Counted from the first letter of the stretch, positions 41,024-50,062 are shown. The stretch: DNA of 52,691 nt from a virus (IMGVR_UViG_3300046467_000501:1-52691), one strand, 5' to 3'. The notes: a model not told the origin generated them from the letters alone. Numbers and translations: made by a program.

Positions 41024-42024
41024 CAGGCCATCTCCTTGATAAGCTGTGCAGCATACTGCTGTGGCGTTATCCCCAAGCGGTTCGCGAGTGCGACTTGGGT
41101 CGAAGTCAATGTGACTTTGCGTGGCACCGCACCGTTGTTTCTCATAGCTGGTGCAACCACGGGACTCGCCTTGCGACGAGTTGCGGGCTCAACGACCATG
41201 GACCCCGAAGAGCCGCTGCCGCTGACGCCGAAGTACTCAGGAAACTTCTCCCTCATACGTTTGTCTATTAATTCATAGTACTCTTGAGTTTCTGGGTCAA
41301 TACCTTCTTTCTTGACTAACTTCTCATGCACACCATATGCAAGGCTCGTCATCTCCTCATCATCACCAAACCAAGGATTGTTTTGTTGCCATTCCACGGC
41401 GGCAGGGTCCGCTGGTGGCGCTTCTGGAGAAGCCTCTGGCTGTTGCTGGGCCTGCTGGCGTTGTTCGGCCAATACATTCTGCTTCCACTGCTCTGTGACC
41501 CTATTTGACACCGCAGGAGCAGAAGCTTCCGCCAACTGTGCATTGGTCAGAGCCTTTTGTGCCTGAGCAATCTGATCCGATTCTCCAGATTCGTGTGCTT
41601 GCTTGAAGTTAGCTTCGGCTATGGCAACCGCAGCCTGAGCCCCGTATGTACTATGCTGGGTAAGAGCAGACTGCGAGTCTTGGACGAGCTTGAGTAGCCG
41701 TTGATTTTCGACTTGGAGGTTCTGTGTATAGTTCACAGCCTCGCCTGCAAGCCTATCAGACGCTTCTTTTGCCCTTCGTTCCTCGTGATACTCCCATTTC
41801 AGCTTCTTGATGCGTTTCTGGGCACGACTCCCATAGTTTGAGATCTCTTCGTCCGTCGCCATGTCACCATCTGATGACGTAGTCTCTCCAGCAGGACGCT
41901 GATCATCTTCGGGGCGATCATCTACGACCTCGACGTTCACTTCTTCCGATTCGGGAACTTCAATAGTATGTCTGACGCCCAGAAACTTGTCTTCTTCGCT
42001 CATTCTTCCGATTTCATCGCTCAT
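41023..42024 (-). CDS. putative scaffolding protein
   Basis: Acidic N-terminus, coiled coil, W...NPWFG, C-terminal LTSTQVALANRLGITPQQYA. Confidence 0.75.
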   Translation of the reverse strand: MSDEIGRMSEEDKFLGVRHTIEVPESEEVNVEVVDDRPEDDQRPAGETTSSDGDMATDEEISNYGSRAQKRIKKLKWEYHEERRAKEASDRLAGEAVNYTQNLQVENQRLLKLVQDSQSALTQHSTYGAQAAVAIAEANFKQAHESGESDQIAQAQKALTNAQLAEASAPAVSNRVTEQWKQNVLAEQRQQAQQQPEASPEAPPADPAAVEWQQNNPWFGDDEEMTSLAYGVHEKLVKKEGIDPETQEYYELIDKRMREKFPEYFGVSGSGSSGSMVVEPATRRKASPVVAPAMRNNGAVPRKVTLTSTQVALANRLGITPQQYAAQLIKEMA

Positions 42025-42025
42025 T

Positions 42026-42436
42026 TTATGCCCTCTCCACTCCTCTGGGGTCTTCTACTACCGCTTCTACGGTATCATCATTGATTAGGCGTAGTTCCCT
42101 ACCGTGTATCTTAATCCTTGTGCCACTAAACGCCCGAAAGATCACCCAATCACCGACCTGACAGTACGGTCCATTGGGGAACCTACCATAGTTAACGTAA
42201 GCATCTGGCCCCATCGACATGACCCATCCCACAACAGTGGAGATAGACTCTTCATGTTGAGACTGTGCAGACTTGATGATGCCGCCCTCAGTCTCCTCCT
42301 CAACATCAGGAAGGGCAATTAATAGTTTGTAGCCTTTAGGCTCAGGCAACTGCGATGCGTATTTGTTTTCGTCATCCCCGTACTCCTTCTCAGGCAATAC
42401 CAACTTTTCGATAACTTCCTCTGCGAGTTCAGTCAT
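42026..42436 (-). CDS. groES: GroES-like co-chaperonin
   Basis: P.GYKLLI, TEGGII, MGPDAY, VGDWVIF, LINDDTVEAVV. Confidence 0.85.
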   Translation of the reverse strand: MTELAEEVIEKLVLPEKEYGDDENKYASQLPEPKGYKLLIALPDVEEETEGGIIKSAQSQHEESISTVVGWVMSMGPDAYVNYGRFPNGPYCQVGDWVIFRAFSGTRIKIHGRELRLINDDTVEAVVEDPRGVERA

Positions 42437-42481
42437 TGCGACCTCTCGTTGAATTGTTGCGCCATGACGGCGGGTTACCAG

Positions 42482-42670
42482 CTAAAAATCCCTCAACTTA
42501 TCTTCCAAGTCTATGATTTCACGTTCCGTCCAAGCCAATCCTTCTATCGTTCCGCACACCTTTCGGTATTCCTCCATGTCCTTAGCGCCACCCATCGCAA
42601 GATGATCCGCCAATTCATTCATCTGGTCCCTGATCTTCTTTTTGAGCAACGACAAAACATCTTCACTCAC
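42482..42670 (-). CDS. conserved hypothetical protein between portal and GroES
   Basis: LAMGGAKDMEEYRKVCGTIEGL; GTG start at 42670 (ATG 42679 possible). Confidence 0.7.
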   Translation of the reverse strand: MSEDVLSLLKKKIRDQMNELADHLAMGGAKDMEEYRKVCGTIEGLAWTEREIIDLEDKLRDF

Positions 42671-45179
42671 TGTCATCATCCTTTGCTATTTCTCTGCCAA
42701 GCTTAACGCCTTCAAGCTCCTGAGAAGCTGCCATTTTCTTTTCGTCCGCATCCGTCTTTATCGCTAGTTCCTGCTCGTCCAATGCGAGCTTCTGTTGTTC
42801 TAACTGAAGTTCTGCCACATCGATTTGTTGTTCAGAGGCCATCTTCTCCTCAAGCAACGCGAGCTTCTGCTGGTCGAGTTGTTCCTTACTGGCAACCTTC
42901 TGCTGCTCCAACTGCTGTTTCGCGGCATCGGCCTGCTGTTTGCGCTGGACTTCCTGCTCCTGTATCCCAAGCTCGCGTTCGCGCTGTTGGATGATCGGGT
43001 CTTTCTGTTGCGCGGCTTGCTGTGCAGCCTGCTGTTGTTGCTGCTTCTTGCCAGTCATCTGATCGGCGGCATCGGCAACGAGTTTGCTGAGTCTGCTTTC
43101 GATATCTTCCGGTATCGGCTCACCCATCGGCGGCAGTTCCGTGCCAAGCTCTTCTTCGATTTGCTTGCGGAATTTGAAGGCCAAATGTTCGCGGAGATGG
43201 GAATCAAGCGCACCCGATATCGATTGACCAGCAGGACTGTTCTGCATCTCCTGTGCGATCTGCGGATCATTCTTGATCGCCATATGGACACGCATATGTG
43301 CCTCGTGATCCTGATATTGATACGCTTTGACAGGAGCCTGTGTAAGCATATTCTGATTTTCGCTGACGGGATCGGTAGGGGGCACCTCGTCCGTGTCGGG
43401 TACGACCTTGTCAGCGTTCGGAATACCGATCAGTTCCATCATCTGTCTGTGCAGAAGCGGGAGATCATACATATTCGGGGCTTGAGCTGCTAATTGCAGG
43501 GCAGCTTGATACTGCATGATGCGTTGTGCCATGGTAGACGCATTCGGGTCCGAAACAGGCACTACATCAATGCGGTCATCGAAATCTTCAGCCTTGATGC
43601 CTTCGCCCGCATCCGTCTCATAAGGATAGTCGGGGTCCGTATAATCATGGATGATCTTGGCTAAAATCTTGTATTCCTGCTTCAGACTCGCGTGGATACG
43701 AGCCTGAATCGCGGACTGCACCTTCATTGCCCGCTCCATGATAGCAAGAGTGGTCCCTACGGGAGCCTCTTGGTTCATGTCTGCTACTTTGAGATCAGCC
43801 ATTGACGCAAAGCGTCGGCCTTCCTCCACAATGTTACCCAACAACTGATAAAGGACCGAAGAAGGTTCCTTATAAGGAAGGAAGGTGATATTGTCACGGA
43901 TGACCCCTCCCGGTACATCAACGTCTCTGAATTCTCCCGGCATAATCGGCGTATCATCGCCTTTGATTCTGAGTCCACGAGTTTTGAGTCCTCCGGGCAG
44001 GTTGGAAAGGGTTCCTGCGTCTACAAGCTGACGCAACAGGCTGGTGGCGGACTTCGCGAGTCCACCGATCATATGGATCAAGCCTAGGTTATAGAATCCG
44101 ATGCCCGGAACGTATCCATAATGAACAAAATGCTGTTTCTTGACCTTGTGTTCATCGGATTCGTCCCAGTTTCGGTAGATTGAAAGGATCGTGGAACTGG
44201 ATTTGTCGATGGTGACCACATAAGGAAGGGCTACGCCGTCCGGGTCTTCAAAGCCCGGAAGGTCGAGATCAACGTGCATCTCCAGAAGCTGATGTCGCTC
44301 TTCGGCATCATATGAAGGCTTAACACCGCCGATCTCGTTGAACTTATCCGTGATCGGGTTCTCTTCTATGTGTGAGGTCGTGAGTTCCACATCCTTATAG
44401 AACCCGCTGACCTGAAGCTTTTTCACCTGATTCGTGCTTCGGTTCATCACATGGGTGTAACGCTCTGCCTGATCCAGATCCGCTTCGTTGTACGACACAA
44501 CGAAATCCTCTGCGGGCACGAACATCGAAGTCGGTCTGCCCAGCGACGGATCAAAATAGATTTTGCGGAACGCTGATCCGGCAAGCGGCAAGCTGAACAG
44601 GAGCTTTTCGGTTTCAGACCGATATTCGGTCATCACTTCGATAAGCTGATAGTTCATGTAGTCCTGAACACGTTTCGCTTGTTGCTGCCGTTCCTTCGTG
44701 TCAGTACCCCAAATCTGGGTCTTGACCGGACCCTTGGCTGGCATGATCTCTTGGATCGTCTGGCTCTGGAACCTGACCACGGCTTCGGACAACATGGGAT
44801 GAAAAACGCCACAGGCTCCAGCCCATGGCGTGGTGCGGTCCTCAATCTCCAGACCTAGATTGTCGAGTCCTTCCTTGTACGTTTGCTCCCAATCCGACCT
44901 GCTTCTGTTGTCGGCATTGAACTTGGCAATGAGATCGACTGCGATTGTGCGGCTGTCCTTGTCTTCGACAACTTCAGCGAGGTTGCTATCGAACTCCGTT
45001 TCAGCACTACCGACATCTGCTAACGGGTCAAAATCTATCTCGACTCCGCCGTCTTCCAATTCCGTGACCGAAGAATCGCCCGGAATAACCTCTTCTTCCT
45101 CAATAACCATGAGCCCCTCTGGACCCATATCGAAATCATCCTGATTGAATAAATTCTCCAGAGGTTTATCTATTGGCAT
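42663..45179 (-). CDS. portal protein
   Basis: PWAGACGVFHPMLSEAVVRFQ, LPLAGSAFRKIYFD, RQLVDAGTLSNLPGG; follows the terminase. Confidence 0.9.
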   Translation of the reverse strand: MPIDKPLENLFNQDDFDMGPEGLMVIEEEEVIPGDSSVTELEDGGVEIDFDPLADVGSAETEFDSNLAEVVEDKDSRTIAVDLIAKFNADNRSRSDWEQTYKEGLDNLGLEIEDRTTPWAGACGVFHPMLSEAVVRFQSQTIQEIMPAKGPVKTQIWGTDTKERQQQAKRVQDYMNYQLIEVMTEYRSETEKLLFSLPLAGSAFRKIYFDPSLGRPTSMFVPAEDFVVSYNEADLDQAERYTHVMNRSTNQVKKLQVSGFYKDVELTTSHIEENPITDKFNEIGGVKPSYDAEERHQLLEMHVDLDLPGFEDPDGVALPYVVTIDKSSSTILSIYRNWDESDEHKVKKQHFVHYGYVPGIGFYNLGLIHMIGGLAKSATSLLRQLVDAGTLSNLPGGLKTRGLRIKGDDTPIMPGEFRDVDVPGGVIRDNITFLPYKEPSSVLYQLLGNIVEEGRRFASMADLKVADMNQEAPVGTTLAIMERAMKVQSAIQARIHASLKQEYKILAKIIHDYTDPDYPYETDAGEGIKAEDFDDRIDVVPVSDPNASTMAQRIMQYQAALQLAAQAPNMYDLPLLHRQMMELIGIPNADKVVPDTDEVPPTDPVSENQNMLTQAPVKAYQYQDHEAHMRVHMAIKNDPQIAQEMQNSPAGQSISGALDSHLREHLAFKFRKQIEEELGTELPPMGEPIPEDIESRLSKLVADAADQMTGKKQQQQQAAQQAAQQKDPIIQQRERELGIQEQEVQRKQQADAAKQQLEQQKVASKEQLDQQKLALLEEKMASEQQIDVAELQLEQQKLALDEQELAIKTDADEKKMAASQELEGVKLGREIAKDDDSE

Positions 45180-45180
45180 T

Positions 45181-45468
45181 TTATAACTCCCGATTCGCGT
45201 CGGATAACCTCACCAGAAATCCCGGCGTCTTGTCGCCGTGCCAGCCGCCCAATTGATTGTATTCGTAGTACTCGACTGCGCCTTCGTAGTCGTCACAGCC
45301 GTCTTCGATCAGCTTGTCGATGACCTTGGCCTTATCGTATAGCACGATAGGTTCCATGCCGTACCGTTCCAGCACACCGACCACGCAATCGTTATAACCA
45401 TCCATGATCAGCGCATCTTCGATACCAATATCCAGCAGACGCTCCGCCAGCGTGACGACACTATCCAT
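45181..45468 (-). CDS. conserved phage hypothetical protein
   Basis: DGYNDCVVG...YD..KVI..L...AVEYYEYN..GGWHGDKTP. Confidence 0.75.
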   Translation of the reverse strand: MDSVVTLAERLLDIGIEDALIMDGYNDCVVGVLERYGMEPIVLYDKAKVIDKLIEDGCDDYEGAVEYYEYNQLGGWHGDKTPGFLVRLSDANREL

Positions 45469-45482
45469 GAAACCCCCGGCTG

Positions 45483-46964
45483 TTAGTAGTAATCTGCTTT
45501 ACGCATAGGCAGAATATCTTTCCATGGATCGTCGCTGTCCAAACTTATAAAGCCACCTTGCCTGAATCGCAACAAAGCCTGAGTCGATGAATCAACTAAA
45601 TCATCGTGGTCGCCAGTAGGGAAGGCAGCAAATTGCTCTATCACTTCTTCCGCCCATCTTTTTTTGGGTGCCCAAACATGACCACTATGGAACAGATCGG
45701 ATACCGCATTGACTCTGGCAATCTTGTCCTTGCCTCGTCCCGGCGTGTATTCCGCAACCGGGATACCGATCCTACGCAATTCAAAAATCAGTGGACTGCC
45801 CGCCGCTTTCGCTTCCACGATACACGCATCGGGTTTGTATTCCTTGTACATATCGTAAGCGCGTTTCTTCAGGTCAGGAAATTCCAGACGTTCTTGTAGA
45901 GCGTCCAATAGGATGATGTTCGCTTTCTTGTCTTTGTCTTCGCTGTAGAACACACCCCATGTCGTGCAAGCACTATAGTCGGCAGTCTGTTTGGCGAGAA
46001 ACGCCGTGTCCCAAGACTGAATCACGAATTCGCAGTCCGGTGGATCTTTCTTCGTCCATTCATTCCACCATTCGCGCTTGATGATCGCGCCTTCTTCCGA
46101 AGTCGGGTCTTGCTGATACTGGGCAGTCCATTTGCCTACCGGAAGCTCCGCTTTCAAAGCCTCAAGTTGTTCCAGTGGCCAGAACCCCGGCCACAGCGGT
46201 TTGCCGCTAGGAAGGATAGCAGGTAGTTCGATGATTTCCCACTCGTCGGAGCCGCCCCTTTCTATGGACGCCTTCAAAATAGAGCCCGTCAGATCCTTCT
46301 TCGACCAACGGGTCATCACCAGACAGATCGCACCCCCCGGTTGCAAACGCTGGCGTGGACCGGATGTGTACCATTCATAAGTCTTGTCGTAGACGGATGG
46401 ATCGTTCTGTGCCGCTTCCTGCTCAGAATGGGGATCGTCCACTATGAGAATGTCCGCGCCCTTACCTGTTACCGCACCACCAACCCCAATAGCAAAATAG
46501 TCGCCACCAACATTCGTGTTCCAACGACCAGCAGCCTTGGAGTCCACACTCAAGGAAACATTGGAAAATATTTTTGAATAATCGTCGGAGCCTACCAAGT
46601 TGCGGACCTTGCGGCCAAAGCCAACCGCGAGTTCCGCAGTGTGTGCAGTCTGGATAACCTTTCTGTCTGGGAACCTTCCCAGATACCAAGCAGGAAACAG
46701 ATGGGATGCGAATTCCGATTTGGTGTGTCTGGGCGGCATATTGATGATCAAACGCTTCAACTCGCCGCTTGCAATGCGATTGAATGCGTCCGCCATCACA
46801 CGATGATGGTCACCTTCGATGAACGCAGGCCAAACCTCTTTGACAAACTCCAGAAAATCTCCTTGGGCACCTTCCCTCATCCTAGCCGCGTTGAGTTCCT
46901 CAATAAGACCCAGAATCTCACGCTTCTCGTTGACAGGCAGCGCGTCAAGAGATTTTAGATTCAT
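45483..46964 (-). CDS. terL: terminase large subunit
   Basis: Walker A INMPPRHTKS, Walker B LIVDDPH, nuclease QSWDTA and HDDLVD. Confidence 0.95.
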   Translation of the reverse strand: MNLKSLDALPVNEKREILGLIEELNAARMREGAQGDFLEFVKEVWPAFIEGDHHRVMADAFNRIASGELKRLIINMPPRHTKSEFASHLFPAWYLGRFPDRKVIQTAHTAELAVGFGRKVRNLVGSDDYSKIFSNVSLSVDSKAAGRWNTNVGGDYFAIGVGGAVTGKGADILIVDDPHSEQEAAQNDPSVYDKTYEWYTSGPRQRLQPGGAICLVMTRWSKKDLTGSILKASIERGGSDEWEIIELPAILPSGKPLWPGFWPLEQLEALKAELPVGKWTAQYQQDPTSEEGAIIKREWWNEWTKKDPPDCEFVIQSWDTAFLAKQTADYSACTTWGVFYSEDKDKKANIILLDALQERLEFPDLKKRAYDMYKEYKPDACIVEAKAAGSPLIFELRRIGIPVAEYTPGRGKDKIARVNAVSDLFHSGHVWAPKKRWAEEVIEQFAAFPTGDHDDLVDSSTQALLRFRQGGFISLDSDDPWKDILPMRKADYY

Positions 46965-47201
46965 TTATCGCCTGTCCTTAATGAACTCGACCAACAGCTT
47001 GATGTCTGCCCGAATTTCACCCACAGACACTTTGAGTTCCGATACCGCCTTCGCGTTCTCTTCGTGTCTGCGCCCAAATTCGTTCTTGACCTCGTAAAGA
47101 GAGAAGACCAAGAAGCGGTAGAGTGCGTAGATGGCTCCCAAGAGCAATACGAGCGGTAAGCCGTATGACTCTATCAGGCCCAAGATGCCGTCAGGTTCCA
47201 T
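46965..47201 (-). CDS. small TM + coiled-coil protein
   Basis: YGLPLVLLLGAIYALYRFLVF TM; abuts terL. Confidence 0.65.
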   Translation of the reverse strand: MEPDGILGLIESYGLPLVLLLGAIYALYRFLVFSLYEVKNEFGRRHEENAKAVSELKVSVGEIRADIKLLVEFIKDRR

Positions 47202-47545
47202 GTGGCACCGTCCTTGGAATCTTTTAGTGAGATTAATGCCCCCACCAATAAAGTAGTTATGCGGGTTCTGTTCCAGTCTGTCAAGTTGTTTCTTTATTGT
47301 GATGTCACGATAAGTTGAAATTTTTATATAAAATTTTTAGGGGTAGGAGTCCCAGTGCAAAATCTGGTGATCTAGCGAGCAAAATACTGTTTTATTGTGG
47401 GGGGCGGCGGCGGGCCAAAAGGGGGGGGTCGGGGGTACTGGGGCCTTGCGCCCCCCACCCTATTACCTTCTATTTGTGTCACGGAGAGAGGGGGCCACGA
47501 TGGCACCCTCAATAACTCTGTCACCCTCCATAAAGGAGAGACACC

Positions 47546-47992
47546 ATGCGGTACATCACCATCACCACGGACTCCCTCTATCAACGTCTTATGGACAACG
47601 TCAGCGCACTAGCAGACGCCAACGTGTCCAAGATGGTAGAGGCAGACACGGACGAAGGGGTAGAGCTTCCCTTCAGCCCCGCCGATGCGTGGGAAGTTGA
47701 AGAAGAAGACCAGATTTCCGACCTAGGCTTTCTGACCGTCTACTACGAGAAGGTACACGATCCCAACGCGGACGATTACCAGTCTCGTTCGCTCGTTCCT
47801 GTCGAGGTCTTCGAATCGAAAGCGGGGAACATCTTGATGAGGGCCTACGATTTCCGGGCGGGATTCGTGAAAAGCTTTAGGCTCGACTCTGTACAGCGTA
47901 TCCTGATTCGGAACCAGAATCTGGGAGACTCCGAATGGGGTGTTAGAGACATCACATTTCGGGGAATCTCAGAGCGGTCCGAATCACTCTAA
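47546..47992 (+). CDS. WYL-domain protein
   Basis: LTVYYEK...RSLVPVEV...LMRAYDFRAGFVKSFRLDSVQ matches the WYL pattern; AAGGAG RBS. Confidence 0.7.
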   Translation: MRYITITTDSLYQRLMDNVSALADANVSKMVEADTDEGVELPFSPADAWEVEEEDQISDLGFLTVYYEKVHDPNADDYQSRSLVPVEVFESKAGNILMRAYDFRAGFVKSFRLDSVQRILIRNQNLGDSEWGVRDITFRGISERSESL

Positions 47993-47998
47993 CCCTTC

Positions 47999-48027
47999 AC
48001 AGGGGGGGGAGCATCTAGCTCCCCCCC
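47999..48027 (+). repeat. intergenic G/C hairpin, copy 1
   Basis: ACAG, stem GGGGGGGAGC/GCTCCCCCCC, loop ATCTA. Confidence 0.8.
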
Positions 48028-48054
48028 AGTACTTCACACAAGAGGAGAAACACT

Positions 48055-48312
48055 ATGTCACATCCGGGCAACGATCAGATCATCGACGCAATGCGCGACA
48101 AGATGCCTAACCTTACACCCGACCAGATAGGTCGATTGGTTTACCTGATCGATGCATATGGTAGGCATCAACATACACTGGGCCAGTTGAACATGATCAA
48201 TACATCCGATAGAAGCTCTGCATTCGATAAGCTTCGTGTCGAGTACACGCAACACTCTAAGGACACGAGGGAGGAGATCACAGAGATCATCGAGATCCTG
48301 TTCGACTACTAA
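48055..48312 (+). CDS. hypothetical protein (85 aa)
   Basis: GAGGAG RBS. Confidence 0.75.
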   Translation: MSHPGNDQIIDAMRDKMPNLTPDQIGRLVYLIDAYGRHQHTLGQLNMINTSDRSSAFDKLRVEYTQHSKDTREEITEIIEILFDY

Positions 48313-48316
48313 CAAA

Positions 48317-48362
48317 ACAGGGGGGGGGATTCACCCCCCCCCATCACCCCCAAATCGGGGAG
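48317..48362 (+). repeat. intergenic G/C hairpin, copy 2, plus SD mini-hairpin
   Basis: ACAG, G9/C9 stem, loop ATTCA, then CACCCCCAAATCGGGGAG. Confidence 0.8.
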
Positions 48363-48369
48363 AACGAAA

Positions 48370-48741
48370 ATGTTTGAACACATCAGCACCATAATCGGCA
48401 GAGTGTTAGGGGCCACAAGTTGCCCAGACTGTGACGGTAACGACAAGAACGACGGCCCCGTGCCGAACGAGAAAGATCGGGAGATGTGGATCGATCTCGC
48501 AGGATACTATGTCGAGTGTCCCATGTGCGAAAATGGCCGAGTCTACTGGGAAGACAATTGGCTTGCAGGTGGGGAGAACCATTGGAGGGCTCGCACTCAG
48601 GAATGCGAACACTGCAAGGGCTCCGGGGAATTGAGAATTCACGACCGCTGTGGGACTTGCGGAAGGTTAGAGCAAGCCTACGGCACGGGACCGGAGAGGG
48701 TGGACGATGATGATAGGATACGCGACCACCTAGAATATTAG
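48370..48741 (+). CDS. zinc-finger protein (four CxxC pairs)
   Basis: CPDC, CPMC, CEHCKGSG, CGTC. Confidence 0.75.
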   Translation: MFEHISTIIGRVLGATSCPDCDGNDKNDGPVPNEKDREMWIDLAGYYVECPMCENGRVYWEDNWLAGGENHWRARTQECEHCKGSGELRIHDRCGTCGRLEQAYGTGPERVDDDDRIRDHLEY

Positions 48742-48746
48742 GAAAG

Positions 48747-48796
48747 ACAGGGGGGAGGCACTCCGCCTCCCCCCTCCACCCCCAGATAGGGGAGCA
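48747..48796 (+). repeat. intergenic G/C hairpin, copy 3, plus SD mini-hairpin
   Basis: Stem AGGGGGGAGGC/GCCTCCCCCCT, loop ACTCC, then CCACCCCCAGATAGGGGAGCA. Confidence 0.85.
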
Positions 48797-48801
48797 GGAA
48801 A

Positions 48802-49002
48802 ATGGTTAAGATTCAGGGGTATCACTACTTCGCTAGTTCTGCGTTACACTGGCGCGTGAGCGGAGACATCTGCGATCTAGTCCGTAAGATGGATGAGATG
48901 GGGAACGAAGAATACAAGGTGTATCGTGTCCCTCTACCTCTCCATGCTACCTATGACATCATTCACTATGTGCCAGTTGTTGAAGGAATCGAAACACTTT
49001 GA
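48802..49002 (+). CDS. hypothetical protein (66 aa)
   Basis: GGGGAG RBS; flanked by repeats. Confidence 0.75.
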   Translation: MVKIQGYHYFASSALHWRVSGDICDLVRKMDEMGNEEYKVYRVPLPLHATYDIIHYVPVVEGIETL

Positions 49003-49008
49003 ATCAAG

Positions 49009-49058
49009 ACAGGGGGGAGGGGCTCACCCTCCCCCCGCCACCCCCAGATAGGGGAGCA
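49009..49058 (+). repeat. intergenic G/C hairpin, copy 4, plus SD mini-hairpin
   Basis: Stem GGGGGGAGGG/CCCTCCCCCC, loop GCTCA, then CCACCCCCAGATAGGGGAGCA (21 nt identical to copy 3). Confidence 0.85.
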
Positions 49059-49060
49059 TC

Positions 49061-49171
49061 ATGTACGGACAAGACGAGGTTTTCGTAGCTGTAATATTCG
49101 TTGTCGGGTTTACGATCCTGCTCGCTTGTTGGCTCGCTGAACAATTCTTTAACGGTAGGGGGAGAGACTGA
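49061..49171 (+). CDS. 36-aa single-TM peptide
   Basis: MYGQDEVFVAVIFVVGFTILLACWLAEQFFNGRGRD; GGGGAG RBS. Confidence 0.6.
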   Translation: MYGQDEVFVAVIFVVGFTILLACWLAEQFFNGRGRD

Positions 49172-49308
49172 TGGACGACACATCGATTGAACTACTTAGG
49201 TCGGTCTTAATAACCGCCCTATTCGTGGCCATGGTTGGTGTTGCCTTACTGGAACTCAGGAAGGTAGTAACCCGTAAGTGGCGCGAGGTTAGAGAGGAAG
49301 GCAAATGA
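49171..49308 (+). CDS. 45-aa single-TM peptide
   Basis: MDDTSIELLRSVLITALFVAMVGVALLELRKVV...; GGGGAG RBS, TGATG coupling. Confidence 0.6.
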   Translation: MDDTSIELLRSVLITALFVAMVGVALLELRKVVTRKWREVREEGK

Positions 49309-49391
49309 TAAACAACAACAATCCCATGCCTCTTATAGGCCTCGTAATCTTTGCCATGTTCCTGTGGGTACTGATCACCTTCAACATCTAG
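49305..49391 (+). CDS. 28-aa single-TM peptide
   Basis: MINNNNPMPLIGLVIFAMFLWVLITFNI; GAGG RBS, ATGA coupling. Confidence 0.5.
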   Translation: MINNNNPMPLIGLVIFAMFLWVLITFNI

Positions 49392-49399
49392 GAGAGAGA

Positions 49400-49660
49400 A
49401 TGATGAAAGACGGCGTAACGATAAGGGAGATCGCGATCTGGACCTTGACCAAACACCGGGATGCAGTCGGTGAATACTTGGACCTATCTGATGAAGAACT
49501 CCAGAACCTTTTTCGACGGCTATGTGCAGACGATCCTGTGCGATTTGAGGGGGTTCTAAAAGAGGAGGAGAGATACGGACACGCTCAGTTAACTGGACAA
49601 GAACTCTATGACCATGAAAACCCTGCACCCTTAGAAAATCCAATGGACTGGGAGAAGTAA
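49400..49660 (+). CDS. hypothetical protein
   Basis: AGGAG RBS before ATG at 49400 (MMKDGVTIREIA...). Confidence 0.7.
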   Translation: MMKDGVTIREIAIWTLTKHRDAVGEYLDLSDEELQNLFRRLCADDPVRFEGVLKEEERYGHAQLTGQELYDHENPAPLENPMDWEK

Positions 49661-49676
49661 GTAGAGCAAGCAACAT

Positions 49677-49708
49677 GGGGGGGGCCGAAAGGCTCCCCCC
49701 TTTTTTTT
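49677..49708 (+). terminator. Rho-independent terminator
   Basis: GGGGGGGGCC-GAAA-GGCTCCCCCC followed by T8. Confidence 0.9.
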
Positions 49709-49766
49709 GTGCCTACTGTTCACCTAACTTGAGGCCACGATCCCATCCACCTAGTGAGGGTATGCG

Positions 49767-49934
49767 ATGAAGAACAAGAGGAGAGACAGTAGCCACAGCA
49801 AGAAGCATAGACGCAATCGTAAGGCTAATAACCTGCGGCGAGGCAGACCCAAGCCGAACCAGACACCCAAGCACATAAGAGAACTCAACAAGATACTAAG
49901 GCGCACGGGTCAACCGATCTTCGACAAAGGGTAG
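49767..49934 (+). CDS. 55-aa Arg/Lys-rich peptide
   Basis: MKNKRRDSSHSKKHRRNRKANNLRRGRPKP...; GAGG upstream. Confidence 0.45.
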   Translation: MKNKRRDSSHSKKHRRNRKANNLRRGRPKPNQTPKHIRELNKILRRTGQPIFDKG

Positions 49935-49970
49935 GACAGCAGGGGGGGGAAGAAAAAAAAATTAGAGACA

Positions 49971-50048
49971 GGTACGGGCGTCGGGTACGGGCGCGAGGCG
50001 CGGAAAATTTTTTAAATAAAAATTAGGTACGGGCGTCGGGTACGGGCG
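49971..50048 (+). repeat. two GGTACGGGCG dyads (4 copies)
   Basis: Copies at 49971, 49984, 50026, 50039; each dyad preceded by an A/T tract. Confidence 0.9.
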
Positions 50049-50062
50049 CGAGGGGTAGGCAC

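Noticed and set aside
42026-42436. Phage GroES as a novelty
   Set aside because: GroES-like genes in phage head modules are already well known.
47297-47310. TGTGA-TG-TCACG as a CRP/FNR site
   Set aside because: Half-site spacing is 2 nt, not the canonical spacing; single occurrence.
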